This document shows, in pieces, positions 54,197 through 63,688 of a stretch of DNA of 64,000 nucleotides. This DNA comes from a virus: the IMG/VR virus record IMGVR_UViG_3300044630_006441, positions 32,001-96,000 of that record. One strand, given 5' to 3'. Position 1 is the stretch's first letter. Each line of letters starts with the position of its first letter. The translations under genes and the position numbers were made by a program. The notes under the pieces are model-generated. The model ran no database searches and was not told the DNA's origin. It saw only the letters and a list, made by a program, of their open reading frames with translations.

Positions 54197-54198
54197 AA

Positions 54199-57100
54199 AT
54201 GGCTGGGAAACTGCATCGTTTTTCTAACCAGGCTGTCACCTATCTTGCGACCCCGATCAGCTCGACAGATACCGAGATCACGGTCGCTAACATCCTGCGT
54301 TTCCCGCCCGCCCCCTTTGAGGTCACCTGCGGACAAGAGGTGATGCGGGTCACCGCCGTAGATGAAGAGACCAATACCCTGACGGTGTTGCGCGGTCAGG
54401 AAGGCACCACCGCCGTATTGCATTACGCCAGCGACCCCATCGCCCACACAGTCACCCGGGATGGGCTGCTTGATACTGCGGAGAACAATGGGGTTGCCAA
54501 CGCTGCTTTGTCTTTTTCGGCAACTGACACGGAGGCTGCTGGCTCAGGCACGGTTTATCTGGCCCCGCTCCAGGGCAACAATATTGCCCTATACGATTCA
54601 GTTGAAAGTCGCTGGCGCAAGTTCACCCTCGACCCAGCCCCTTCGGTGTCGGCGTCCGAGCCTGCCGGTAAGTGTGTGGATGTTTTTGCCTACTGGAACG
54701 GCACCGCTGTCGCCTTACAAAAAGTTGTGTGGGATCGAGAAACGGGTCGCCCATCCGGGTACGACCTTGTCCGGGTAGATGGCGTTCTTGTCAGCGAAGA
54801 TTCAACCACTTGGCGCCATGTCGGTAGCTACCAGATGCTGGCCAACTCGGCGGTGGCCCTGTCTTCGCACACCCCAGCCCTCTCCGGGGCAAGCACGAAC
54901 GAATTGATGCGGTACAACAAAACCATCATTCGTGTAGACCCACCCATCAATGGTTTTGAAATCAACGGGGTGGAAAAGATCGCCGACGGAGAAACGGTCT
55001 ATGTGCTGAATGTCAGCGGGACCGACAGCTTTTACCTAAAGCACAATTCGGGGCTGACCCCGGCCGGTTGCAAGCTGCTCGTTCTTGACCAGGAAGATTA
55101 TCCAGTCTATCCCCTGAGCGGCGTCACCCTTGTGTACGATGCCGTGGCTGCTGGCTACAGGGTGTTGGGGGCTTGCTGCACCACGACCACGACGACCACG
55201 ACTACCACAACGACGACTACGACCACTACCAGTACGACCACTACGACATCCACAACGCCCTCTCTGGGCACAACGACTACCACAACCACCGCCAATCCGA
55301 ACACGACCACGACCACCACATCGACTACTACGCCTTCTCCTGTCGTCGTCCAAAACTGTTTGCCGGAAGTGACTTATGTCCGCGCAGTAGATGCCGGTAA
55401 TGGTTCTTATCGTTTTGAGTTCAGCGGTGATAACACGAATTGGTTTGAAATCACCTCACAAACTCCAAAGTGGGTGGCCAACAAAACTTATTTGTTCCAT
55501 TTGACCAATACCTCAGCCCACCCTTGGCGTGTGTTTGACAGCCAGGGCTTTAGTCGTTTGGTTAAGGCGACTACGAATGGTGCCAGCGGCAATGTGGCCG
55601 ATGGCTTTTACGGTGGGGATGTGACTTTGACGGTCACTCTGAACGACAATGTCCCGTTCAGTTTTGACTGTGCCACTCATACCTACGAGGGTGCGAACAA
55701 CGCTTTTGTTTACAACGGCACTTGCACGGAGTGCGCCCAGCCGAATATGTATGTGCGTTTGAACATGGACCCGGCCACCTTGCCTGCGCCGCCAGCATGG
55801 CCTTCAAATGTGCCCGAGGTTCAGGTTCGTTTTAAAAATGACGGCGACTTTTATTTTGGCCCACCGGGTGGTTTTGGAAACGGTATAGCTCGCGGCAAGT
55901 TGGATTTTCCAAGCATTAGCGGTGTTATTTCGGGTTTAGTTTTAAAATTATATGGCGTTACGGCTTCTCAAGGCATTACCGATGCAGTAATTTTATTGCG
56001 TTCGCCAACAGGTAAGGATGTATTGATTGCTGGAAGACTGCCCGTTCCCGAAAATAGCGTTGGCGTTGATTATACGATCAACAACGACTTAAACAGCCCA
56101 CTTTTGTCTTTTGGAACTTCTGGTTCGTTCAGACCAAACCCAAATGGTAATCAGGATGGGAATTTTTGGAACGATTCTTCTAGTCCATATGGCACTACTT
56201 TTTCTGATCTTTTTAATGATTCGCCTACTGGCGAATGGACACTTGGATTAGTCGCCAATACGGTGGGTGGTCCATATGAAGTAAAAATTAAAAGTTGGTC
56301 TTTGGAAGTGCTTACTTCGACCAATGAATCGCATACCGTTTGGTCGATCAGCCGCCAGGACGCTGGAAAGACGGCGATTGCTGCTTTTCCGTATCAGCCA
56401 GATACCGTTGTTCAAAATGGCTTAGTGGATGGATTTACCACCTATCCCACAAGTCTAGGTGCGAACAGCGTCAGCTATTTCCGTTTCCGCTCCCAATATA
56501 CCGCCAACTATTATTTGAATGCGGGCGGCTTTAATACGGGCGGCATACGGCTGGATATTTATAGGAATTGGGATGCTTCTGGCAGTCCAGACACAACTTA
56601 CACAAATCTGTTTGATTCACAACAAAAAAGATTGTCCTGCACCTCTGGTGAGTTCATTACTTTTAAGTTCACTAATACTGTCGATTCTTCCAAGCAGATA
56701 CGCTTGAAATTGCAAACTCCTGGCGTACATTACGAGATCAGCGCCGACGAACAAAACTGGTTCATGCCTAATAGGTGGAAGTGGGGTGGGAGTAGTGCCA
56801 CCGCTGCGGCTACCTACAATCTGAATCTAAAACGACTCACCAATAGCAAATTCGCTATCCGGCTGCTTGAGGGTACGGTCACGACCAGTTTTACGGCCAT
56901 GCCTGGCGGTGGTGGCGTTGGTCAAGTTACTAGCGAATCTAACACATTTTACTATTACGATTCCACCAAATCTGAAACGCAAGAGTTGGTGTTCACAATG
57001 GGTGGTTCTAGTCCCACCACTCGACACATGGAAACCCTCACGGGTGTTCTGCATACTGAAAACGATGCCAACGACCCAGAGCGCCAAGCCATTAAATATG

Positions 57101-58311
57101 ACAGCGCATGTCGGGGCGGCACTCCTCCTGAGGATACGACCCCGCCACCGACTACTACTGGTCAGCCCTGGGTGGCTGGCTACTACTGCGTAAGCGACAG
57201 CTATCAAGGCACAACTTCTTGTAGCTATATCAGCAGTCGTCCGGCTTCAAATCCGTTGGTTACTTATTCTGGACCTTATGCGTCTTCGTTGGCTTGTAAT
57301 GCGACTTGTGTCACGACGACTACGACAACAACTACAACAGCTAACCCAAATACAACAACCACTACTACAACAGCTAACCCAAATACAACAACCACTACCA
57401 CAACTGCTGATCCAAATACTACTACCACTACTACAACAGCTGATCCAAATACTACGACGACAACGACGACTAGCGACCCGAATACTACTACGACGACCAC
57501 AACTAGCACTACTACGACAACAACAACCGAACAGCCAACTGTTAAGATGTGCTGGACTTATCGAAATGATGTTGACTCAAATGACTACAGGACGCTTTGT
57601 CAGCCTCTTGACCAGCAGGCCCCAAATACAATTACGATTGGGATCGCCACTTATACAAATATTGGTGCTAACGCTGCATATAATGTGAACGATTGTGCTG
57701 ATTGTTTTGCGAATCCTGATGGAACGACCACAACTAGTACTACAACTACAACTACTACCAGTACTACGACGGCTGCGCCGACCACAACAACAACAACAAC
57801 AACAACAAGTGCCCCACGCCTTTGGTGTGCAACATATTATTATAATGGTAGTCATGATTATATAGCAAGATGTTATGATTATGATAGTGCGTGGTATGGG
57901 TCACAATTTTTATATCCAACTATTTCGTATAATACACATACATATCAAGTTGTTAATGGTCGAGAAATTACAGATTGCGCAAATTGTTCGCCAGACACCT
58001 CAACATCTACGACTTCGACAACAACAACGACTACGCCCGCCCCAACCACCCAGAGTCCAACCACGGCCACTCCAACACAAAGTCCAACCACCTCAAGTCC
58101 AACAACGACCGGTGCTGGTACAACTGGTGATCCAACCATAACGACTCAGCCAGGCACAACCAGCGCACCTTCGTACAGATACAACTGTGTCCCAACAGCT
58201 CAGTCTGGCTCTGGCATTTATTACGATTGTCAATCAACTGGTAGCACGACAAATGGTACTTATGCCACGCTTCAAGACTGTTTGAATGCTGGCTGTCAGG
58301 GTTGGAGATAG
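54199..58311 (+). CDS. Large Thr-rich tail fibre/adhesin-like protein with proprotein-convertase P-domain-like module
   Basis: N-terminal RGQEGTTA..H module; ILLRSPTG...GEWTL P-domain-like segment; poly-Thr linkers separating Cys-rich mini-domains. Confidence 0.7.
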   Translation: MAGKLHRFSNQAVTYLATPISSTDTEITVANILRFPPAPFEVTCGQEVMRVTAVDEETNTLTVLRGQEGTTAVLHYASDPIAHTVTRDGLLDTAENNGVANAALSFSATDTEAAGSGTVYLAPLQGNNIALYDSVESRWRKFTLDPAPSVSASEPAGKCVDVFAYWNGTAVALQKVVWDRETGRPSGYDLVRVDGVLVSEDSTTWRHVGSYQMLANSAVALSSHTPALSGASTNELMRYNKTIIRVDPPINGFEINGVEKIADGETVYVLNVSGTDSFYLKHNSGLTPAGCKLLVLDQEDYPVYPLSGVTLVYDAVAAGYRVLGACCTTTTTTTTTTTTTTTTTSTTTTTSTTPSLGTTTTTTTANPNTTTTTTSTTTPSPVVVQNCLPEVTYVRAVDAGNGSYRFEFSGDNTNWFEITSQTPKWVANKTYLFHLTNTSAHPWRVFDSQGFSRLVKATTNGASGNVADGFYGGDVTLTVTLNDNVPFSFDCATHTYEGANNAFVYNGTCTECAQPNMYVRLNMDPATLPAPPAWPSNVPEVQVRFKNDGDFYFGPPGGFGNGIARGKLDFPSISGVISGLVLKLYGVTASQGITDAVILLRSPTGKDVLIAGRLPVPENSVGVDYTINNDLNSPLLSFGTSGSFRPNPNGNQDGNFWNDSSSPYGTTFSDLFNDSPTGEWTLGLVANTVGGPYEVKIKSWSLEVLTSTNESHTVWSISRQDAGKTAIAAFPYQPDTVVQNGLVDGFTTYPTSLGANSVSYFRFRSQYTANYYLNAGGFNTGGIRLDIYRNWDASGSPDTTYTNLFDSQQKRLSCTSGEFITFKFTNTVDSSKQIRLKLQTPGVHYEISADEQNWFMPNRWKWGGSSATAAATYNLNLKRLTNSKFAIRLLEGTVTTSFTAMPGGGGVGQVTSESNTFYYYDSTKSETQELVFTMGGSSPTTRHMETLTGVLHTENDANDPERQAIKYDSACRGGTPPEDTTPPPTTTGQPWVAGYYCVSDSYQGTTSCSYISSRPASNPLVTYSGPYASSLACNATCVTTTTTTTTTANPNTTTTTTTANPNTTTTTTTADPNTTTTTTTADPNTTTTTTTSDPNTTTTTTTSTTTTTTTEQPTVKMCWTYRNDVDSNDYRTLCQPLDQQAPNTITIGIATYTNIGANAAYNVNDCADCFANPDGTTTTSTTTTTTTSTTTAAPTTTTTTTTTSAPRLWCATYYYNGSHDYIARCYDYDSAWYGSQFLYPTISYNTHTYQVVNGREITDCANCSPDTSTSTTSTTTTTTPAPTTQSPTTATPTQSPTTSSPTTTGAGTTGDPTITTQPGTTSAPSYRYNCVPTAQSGSGIYYDCQSTGSTTNGTYATLQDCLNAGCQGWR
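57313..57528 (+). repeat. 33-bp coding tandem repeat, (T7-A/S-N/D-PN) x5
   Basis: TTTTTTTANPN/TTTTTTTANPN/TTTTTTTADPN/TTTTTTTADPN/TTTTTTTSDPN; one more unit near 55270. Confidence 0.9.
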
Positions 58312-58459
58312 GATCAATTCTTAGTTAGAAAATAGGGTTTTTTCACCCTATTATTTGACAGGTCCCAAGCAGGGGTCTTGGTGTACTTTCCTTTCGCCGC
58401 AATTATTTAGGTAGTTAAATCGGGTCGGGTCGGCACCGCCCTGTGGAGGGTTTTTTGTC

Positions 58460-60109
58460 ATGTCTGCTAGCGTTTTTCGCAACAAGTTTTCAGAAGATAT
58501 CTTTAACTATAAGTATAGGCACGAAGGGTGCGAAACCTGGGAAAAATTGGCTGCGGTGCTGGTTGAGGATGTCTGTCGGCAGTGGATGACTGACGACGAA
58601 AAAGAAGCCTTGACGCAAGCCGTTGCCCAGATGAAGTTTATACCCGGTGGTCGTTATATTTACTACGCCGGACGCCCCATCAAAGCCTTTAACAATTGCT
58701 ATCTTCTGCGAGCAGAATCTGACACGCGTGAAGACTGGGCTATGCTTAGCTGGAAAGCTGAAAGCTGTTTAGCTACAGGTGGTGGTATTGGTGTAGATTA
58801 TTCTATCTATCGCCCGAAGGGCACGCCCCTGAAGCGGACGGGCGGGGAAGCTTCCGGCCCCGTCTCCAAAATGCGCATGATCAACGAGATTGGTCGCGAG
58901 GTCATGCAGGGCGGTTCACGCCGATCGGCCATTTACGCCTCGCTGAACTGGCAGCACCAGGACATCAAGACCTTCTTGTACGCCAAAGACTGGCACTCCA
59001 TGAAGGTGCCGGGTACGGACAAGACGGTGTGGGATTGCAAAGTCGCTGACTTCAATTACCCAGCCCCGCTGGACATGACCAACATCTCCGCTAATTACGA
59101 CGATGCTTGGCTGAACCTGCCTGATCGCCACAACAACGAGATTTTTAAGATCAACTGCCGTCAGGCCATGGAGACAGGCGAGCCAGGATGGTCTTTCAAT
59201 TTCGGCGACAAGCAGAACGAGACCTTGCGGAATGCCTGCACGGAAGTAACCTCCGAGGACGACTCGGATGTGTGCAACCTTGGTTCTTTGAACATGTCCC
59301 GCATTGAGACCGCCGAAGAGTTCCGTCAGATCGTGGAACTGGCCACCAAGTTCTTGATCTGCGGCACCATGGTGGCCCACCTGCCCTACGAGAAGGTCTA
59401 TGATGTGCGGGCCAAAAATCGCCGTCTGGGCCTGGGCCTGATGGGGATGCACGAGTGGCTTGTCCAAAGGGGTGACCGTTATGAAGTGACCCCAGAGTTG
59501 CACAAGTGGCTGGCCATCTACCGGGACGAGTCCGACGCCGTGGCCAAGTCATTCTCGGCTCACCTCAGCATCAGCGAGCCTGTCGCCAAGCGGGCAATCG
59601 CCCCCACCGGCTCCATCGGTATTCTGGCCGGAACCACGACCGGCATCGAGCCTGTCTTTGCGGTGGCCTACAAGCGTCGTTACCTGAAGAACGGCACCCA
59701 ATGGCACTACCAGTATGTGGTGGACAGCGCCGCCAAGGATCTGATCGAGCGATACGGTGTCGATCCCCACAAGATCGAGTCCGCCATCGATCTGGCCAAG
59801 GACTACGAGCGCCGCCTGAAGTTCCAGGCCGACACCCAGGATTATGTTGACCAGTCTATCTCGTCGACGATCAACATGCCCAGCTGGGGTTCGGAACTGA
59901 ACAACGAGGACAAGATCGACGACTTTGCGTTGACCCTGTCCAAGTACGCCCCCCGCCTGCGCGGCTTCACCGTTTACCCGGATGGTGCCCGCGGTGGCCA
60001 GCCCCTGGTCTCCGTCGACTACGACGAAGCAGCCAAGCAGCAGGGCGTGGAATACCTGGAGCATGATGTGTGTGTGATTGGCGGCAAAGGCGGTACTTGC
60101 GGCAGTTAA
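58460..60109 (+). CDS. nrdJ: Ribonucleotide reductase, probably class II (B12-dependent)
   Basis: FIPGGR, FNNCY, GGGIG, QGGSRRSA, NACTE, CNLGSLN, RRLGLG, IAPTG, C-terminal Cys pair; no beta subunit nearby. Confidence 0.8.
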   Translation: MSASVFRNKFSEDIFNYKYRHEGCETWEKLAAVLVEDVCRQWMTDDEKEALTQAVAQMKFIPGGRYIYYAGRPIKAFNNCYLLRAESDTREDWAMLSWKAESCLATGGGIGVDYSIYRPKGTPLKRTGGEASGPVSKMRMINEIGREVMQGGSRRSAIYASLNWQHQDIKTFLYAKDWHSMKVPGTDKTVWDCKVADFNYPAPLDMTNISANYDDAWLNLPDRHNNEIFKINCRQAMETGEPGWSFNFGDKQNETLRNACTEVTSEDDSDVCNLGSLNMSRIETAEEFRQIVELATKFLICGTMVAHLPYEKVYDVRAKNRRLGLGLMGMHEWLVQRGDRYEVTPELHKWLAIYRDESDAVAKSFSAHLSISEPVAKRAIAPTGSIGILAGTTTGIEPVFAVAYKRRYLKNGTQWHYQYVVDSAAKDLIERYGVDPHKIESAIDLAKDYERRLKFQADTQDYVDQSISSTINMPSWGSELNNEDKIDDFALTLSKYAPRLRGFTVYPDGARGGQPLVSVDYDEAAKQQGVEYLEHDVCVIGGKGGTCGS

Positions 60110-60132
60110 CGCAATATTAAATCCAATCGCCA

Positions 60133-60163
60133 GAGGCCCGATCGAGTCATTCGGTCGGGCTTT
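60133..60163 (+). terminator. Probable terminator hairpin
   Basis: GGCCCGATCGA/TCGGTCGGGCT followed by TTTC. Confidence 0.6.
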
Positions 60164-60207
60164 CTGGTTACTATCCGGTAGGACTCAATACCCACACAGG
60201 AATTGTC

Positions 60208-60717
60208 ATGAGCAGCAAGAAACGCCAGTCGCCCCTCGAAGCTTTCATTTCCGAAGTCGAAGCCTATGTGAAATCCTTCGATCCACCCGTTCAATCGATG
60301 CCCGAAGAAAAGGTGGAGCAGGCTCTGGACGCCATCCGGAATGAGATTTTCAATGTCCTGACCAAGGCCTCGGAGGGGTATGACGCTCCTGAATCCGCCC
60401 GCAACAACGCCCGGAAGGTCCTCAAGTGGAAAGAGAAGTACGGCAAAGAATGTCGTGGTATGACCGCTGTTGGCTGGGCGCGGGCGAGGGATCTGGCGAA
60501 TGGGGCCAAGCTGTCAGCGTCGACGGTGAAAAGGATGGCCAGCTTCAATCGCCATCGGAGCAATTACGAGAAGGCCCGCAACAAGCCCGAAGCAAAGAGT
60601 AAGCCGTGGACCATCCCGGCCATCGTGGCGTGGCTCGGGTGGGGCGGGACCTCCGGCGTGGAATGGGCGATCCGCACCTCCCAGTCGATCCAGAACAAGT
60701 CCAAGAAGAGGAAGTAA
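60208..60717 (+). CDS. Conserved phage protein
   Basis: GMTAVGWARARDLANG..LS..TVKRM.SF.RH...AW.GWGG..G..WA. Confidence 0.78.
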   Translation: MSSKKRQSPLEAFISEVEAYVKSFDPPVQSMPEEKVEQALDAIRNEIFNVLTKASEGYDAPESARNNARKVLKWKEKYGKECRGMTAVGWARARDLANGAKLSASTVKRMASFNRHRSNYEKARNKPEAKSKPWTIPAIVAWLGWGGTSGVEWAIRTSQSIQNKSKKRK

Positions 60718-60719
60718 CC

Positions 60720-61454
60720 ATGCACAAGATCGCCTTCATCGTCCCGACCTCCCAGTCTGCCGACATCAGCGGATTCCTCAATGCGTTGACCAAGCAGGTT
60801 GCCGACAAGAATCCTGATCTGAACTACGAGATCGTCGTGGTTCGTCAGGCGGAAGAGAGGGCGCTCAATGCTGGCTGGTTGTGCAATGTCGGCGTGCAGG
60901 TGACTGACGCCGCCTACTTCGCCTTCCACTCCCCTGACCTGATCCCCGGCAAAGATGCTGACTATCACCTTGAGGACGCATTTGTCCAGATGGGGGAGGT
61001 GCAGATCATGCCGATGGAGATTTACAGCCAGGTGAACGGGTATTCCAACGGATACCCCGGCACCAATGTCCACACCGGGGACATGTTTGACCGCTGCATC
61101 CGAAATGGCATTTTCATGGCACGCCGCGAGGCCACCTTCCCTCCGTTGGCGCAAGATGTCATGGAGCACTTCAAGGCCAGCAAGCGGGTGAGCACGGCCT
61201 ATGACCGTTCCAAGGACGGCATGAGCAACCTGTTCTACAAGGTCATCTCCACCAAGCAGCTGGATGCCTTCAAGGGCAAGGAAGTCCTGGTGACCTCGCT
61301 GGATGTCCAGGTCGAACCCGTGGCGACCACGACAACCACGGAGGCGCCCACCACGACCCAGGCTCCTCCGGTTATTGAAACATTGGACACGGAAGAATTC
61401 CATACTTTCTGGCGCACGCGAGGGGAAGAAGATGGGGCGGAACCAGGGATTTGA
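60720..61454 (+). CDS. Degenerate GT7 (galactosyltransferase-like) protein with Thr-rich tail
   Basis: YEIVVVRQ....LNAGWLCNVG...FAFHSPDLIP...VNGYSNGY. Confidence 0.62.
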   Translation: MHKIAFIVPTSQSADISGFLNALTKQVADKNPDLNYEIVVVRQAEERALNAGWLCNVGVQVTDAAYFAFHSPDLIPGKDADYHLEDAFVQMGEVQIMPMEIYSQVNGYSNGYPGTNVHTGDMFDRCIRNGIFMARREATFPPLAQDVMEHFKASKRVSTAYDRSKDGMSNLFYKVISTKQLDAFKGKEVLVTSLDVQVEPVATTTTTEAPTTTQAPPVIETLDTEEFHTFWRTRGEEDGAEPGI

Positions 61455-61671
61455 GGTTGGGGATGTTGTCTGCCTGAACAGCGGCTCGCCTCCGATGACC
61501 GTCATCTCGTTCTCAAGCGATGATGGTCTGGTGCTGGCTTACGCCGACCTGAACGGCAACATGATGCGGGAAAGCCTCCCCCGCCAAGCTGTCAATCTGA
61601 CCGAGTCGCGCTGGTGTCTTGATGTCACCAATGCCGATGTCGATTACGACGACGAGGAAGAGGACTACTGA
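61432..61671 (+). CDS. DUF2158/YodC-like protein
   Basis: FEVGDVVCLNSGSPPMTV. Confidence 0.75.
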   Translation: MGRNQGFEVGDVVCLNSGSPPMTVISFSSDDGLVLAYADLNGNMMRESLPRQAVNLTESRWCLDVTNADVDYDDEEEDY

Positions 61672-62045
61672 TGCCAACCTACGATTATCGCTGCAATAGC
61701 TGCGGTTACGAGTTTGAGCTTTATCAGTCGTTTAACGACAAGGTCAAGCGGACCTGCCCAGACTGCAAAAAGAAAACACTTGAGCGTTTGATCGGGTGCG
61801 GGCTGGCTGGTTTCTGCCAGCAGGAAGCGACCACGATTGGCCAGCTTGGTGAACGCAACGCCAAGGCTGCTGGGAAGGCCAAGGTCGAAGAACTTGGGGC
61901 CAAACAGGAAGCAGACAACAAGAAGGCCCAGCAACTGCTGGGTAAAGAGCCTGGCAAAAAGCCGTGGTGGCGCACCACCGACAAGCCTCTCGACCTCAAG
62001 AAAATCAAGAATGTCAAGAAGTATATCGAGGAAGGGAAAGGCTGA
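61671..62045 (+). CDS. FmdB-family zinc-ribbon protein
   Basis: MPTYDYRCNSCGYEFE..QSFND.....CPDC....LERLI. Confidence 0.88.
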   Translation: MPTYDYRCNSCGYEFELYQSFNDKVKRTCPDCKKKTLERLIGCGLAGFCQQEATTIGQLGERNAKAAGKAKVEELGAKQEADNKKAQQLLGKEPGKKPWWRTTDKPLDLKKIKNVKKYIEEGKG

Positions 62046-62260
62046 TGTCTGTCACCCCCAACGATCCCACGAATCCGCACATCGCCGTGATCTATCTTTT
62101 TTCCGAAGTCCATGAGAGGTTGCCGGATGGTTCGGCCTCTGGCAATCCCGTGGAGAAGAAAAGGATGACCCTTCACCTGAAGGGTGTTGACAGGTGGACT
62201 TGTGAGCGTCGATTGAACGAGGCCATTGAGGAACTGATGAAATGCTGCGCAACGTCGTGA
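62045..62260 (+). CDS. Hypothetical protein
   Basis: Coupled. Confidence 0.58.
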   Translation: MSVTPNDPTNPHIAVIYLFSEVHERLPDGSASGNPVEKKRMTLHLKGVDRWTCERRLNEAIEELMKCCATS

Positions 62261-62574
62261 ACACGCAAACCCCAGCCAAGTTCGGCTTTCAGGATGGTGG
62301 CCATGTGATCCTGGAATGCTCCAGCTGCAACAAACCCCTGGTCGATGTGTGGTCGGTGCAGCCAGACCAGCCGTTTGAGTGGAAGGTCAAGGCCAAGTGC
62401 TGCTACTGCGGCGACTCCTCTTTCCAGAAGGAAGTGAAGGGGCTGTTCAGGTACTCCGGGGCGCAGAAGCCCAGCGAGACCGACACGGAAGACACGATCC
62501 TGGTGACGCAGGTCACCCACCTTGAGGCCGACGGCCAGAATGTGCTCTTTTACACGGCACCAGGAGAGAAGTAA
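62242..62574 (+). CDS. Zn-finger protein
   Basis: CSSC...CCYCGD. Confidence 0.65.
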   Translation: MLRNVVNTQTPAKFGFQDGGHVILECSSCNKPLVDVWSVQPDQPFEWKVKAKCCYCGDSSFQKEVKGLFRYSGAQKPSETDTEDTILVTQVTHLEADGQNVLFYTAPGEK

Positions 62575-62939
62575 TGGCACGCATTATTGACGAGGCCAAG
62601 AAGTTTCTGGAGCAGAAAGCCAACCCGATCGAGATCGTTTCCTACGACAAGAAGGCAAATCCGATCGATCCGGAAAATCACGGGTGTGTTGCGCGTATTA
62701 CTATTCACGAGAAGACGGGCCTTGAAAAATGCGAAGTGCGTGTCTGCACTCGCGGTATCGACTCCGGCCTGTTCTTCAATCCCCTCACGCACCATCACGA
62801 CGACCTTGTGCGGTTTGATAGCCACACCGGCAAGATGCGCTTTTGTTGGCGGGAAGTGAACAAGACCTCTTTCGACCAGTATGTCCAGTTTTTGCAAAGT
62901 GGGAACCAGGCCATGTTGCGCATGGCCCAGAGGAGCTGA
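62574..62939 (+). CDS. Conserved phage hypothetical protein
   Basis: GLFFNP...WREV....FDQYVQFL.S.N...L..A.R. Confidence 0.7.
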   Translation: MARIIDEAKKFLEQKANPIEIVSYDKKANPIDPENHGCVARITIHEKTGLEKCEVRVCTRGIDSGLFFNPLTHHHDDLVRFDSHTGKMRFCWREVNKTSFDQYVQFLQSGNQAMLRMAQRS

Positions 62940-62941
62940 TC

Positions 62942-63247
62942 ATGGCTAAGAAGAAAGTGGAAGCCAAGACCCTGTCCAAGGCCGAACATTATTACCTGGA
63001 GTCTCTGGCGGGCCTGAAGAGCCTGGCCGAAGTCGCAGAAGACCTCGGCTGTCAGCCTGAGCAGATTGCCGACGCCTACAAGAAAGCGAAGGCCAAGTCC
63101 CCCGGCAAGTTTGGTCGCCCCTCCCAAGGCGTTACCGTGATGACCGAGGCTGCCGCCATCGAGGGAGACGAACACGGCAAGGCCAACCGCGCTGGCAACC
63201 AGTTCATGACCCGCTACGCCAAGGATCTCTACCGGGGTGAGGCATGA
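62942..63247 (+). CDS. Conserved phage hypothetical protein (HTH-like N-terminus)
   Basis: LSKAEHYYL...EVAEDLG; GVTVMTEAAA..GD. Confidence 0.7.
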   Translation: MAKKKVEAKTLSKAEHYYLESLAGLKSLAEVAEDLGCQPEQIADAYKKAKAKSPGKFGRPSQGVTVMTEAAAIEGDEHGKANRAGNQFMTRYAKDLYRGEA

Positions 63248-63654
63248 TTTGGGGGACATTGGAGCAGGTATTGGCCAATGTCACGCTGGACCGCGCTTTT
63301 CTCCTGATCGAACTAAGTGATGGCAGCTTTGCTGTCGTCGAAGGGACGAACGAAGACTGGGAAAAGCTAGATAGTATACCACAAAAGATAACAAGAGTTT
63401 GCGTGCGCTTCAGGTCTTCCCGGCTGGAAGTCAGCCCCCCAAACGCCAAGGGATATTTCTTCCGGCCCGGGGTGGGCGCTTCGCTGTCGTCGCAAATTCA
63501 ACAGTACAACCTGTTTGTTGTTGGGCATCTTGAAGAAGATGGGGAAACTGTACAAACCTTTAGCGTGGTTGTGCCTGAACTTTTGGTTGTGAATTCTGAC
63601 CGGCGTGATCGTCACGATCCAGAAACTGTCGGTTCGTCCTTGATAACATCCTAG
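63244..63654 (+). CDS. Hypothetical protein
   Basis: Coupled; GAGG RBS. Confidence 0.65.
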   Translation: MIWGTLEQVLANVTLDRAFLLIELSDGSFAVVEGTNEDWEKLDSIPQKITRVCVRFRSSRLEVSPPNAKGYFFRPGVGASLSSQIQQYNLFVVGHLEEDGETVQTFSVVVPELLVVNSDRRDRHDPETVGSSLITS

Positions 63655-63688
63655 CCATCGACCTATCCTCTCACCTGAGGGGCGGGAA

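Noticed and set aside
57276-58139. Poly-Val, poly-Cys and Leu/Gln ORFs in alternative frames
   Set aside because: Frame and strand artefacts of the Thr-codon repeats
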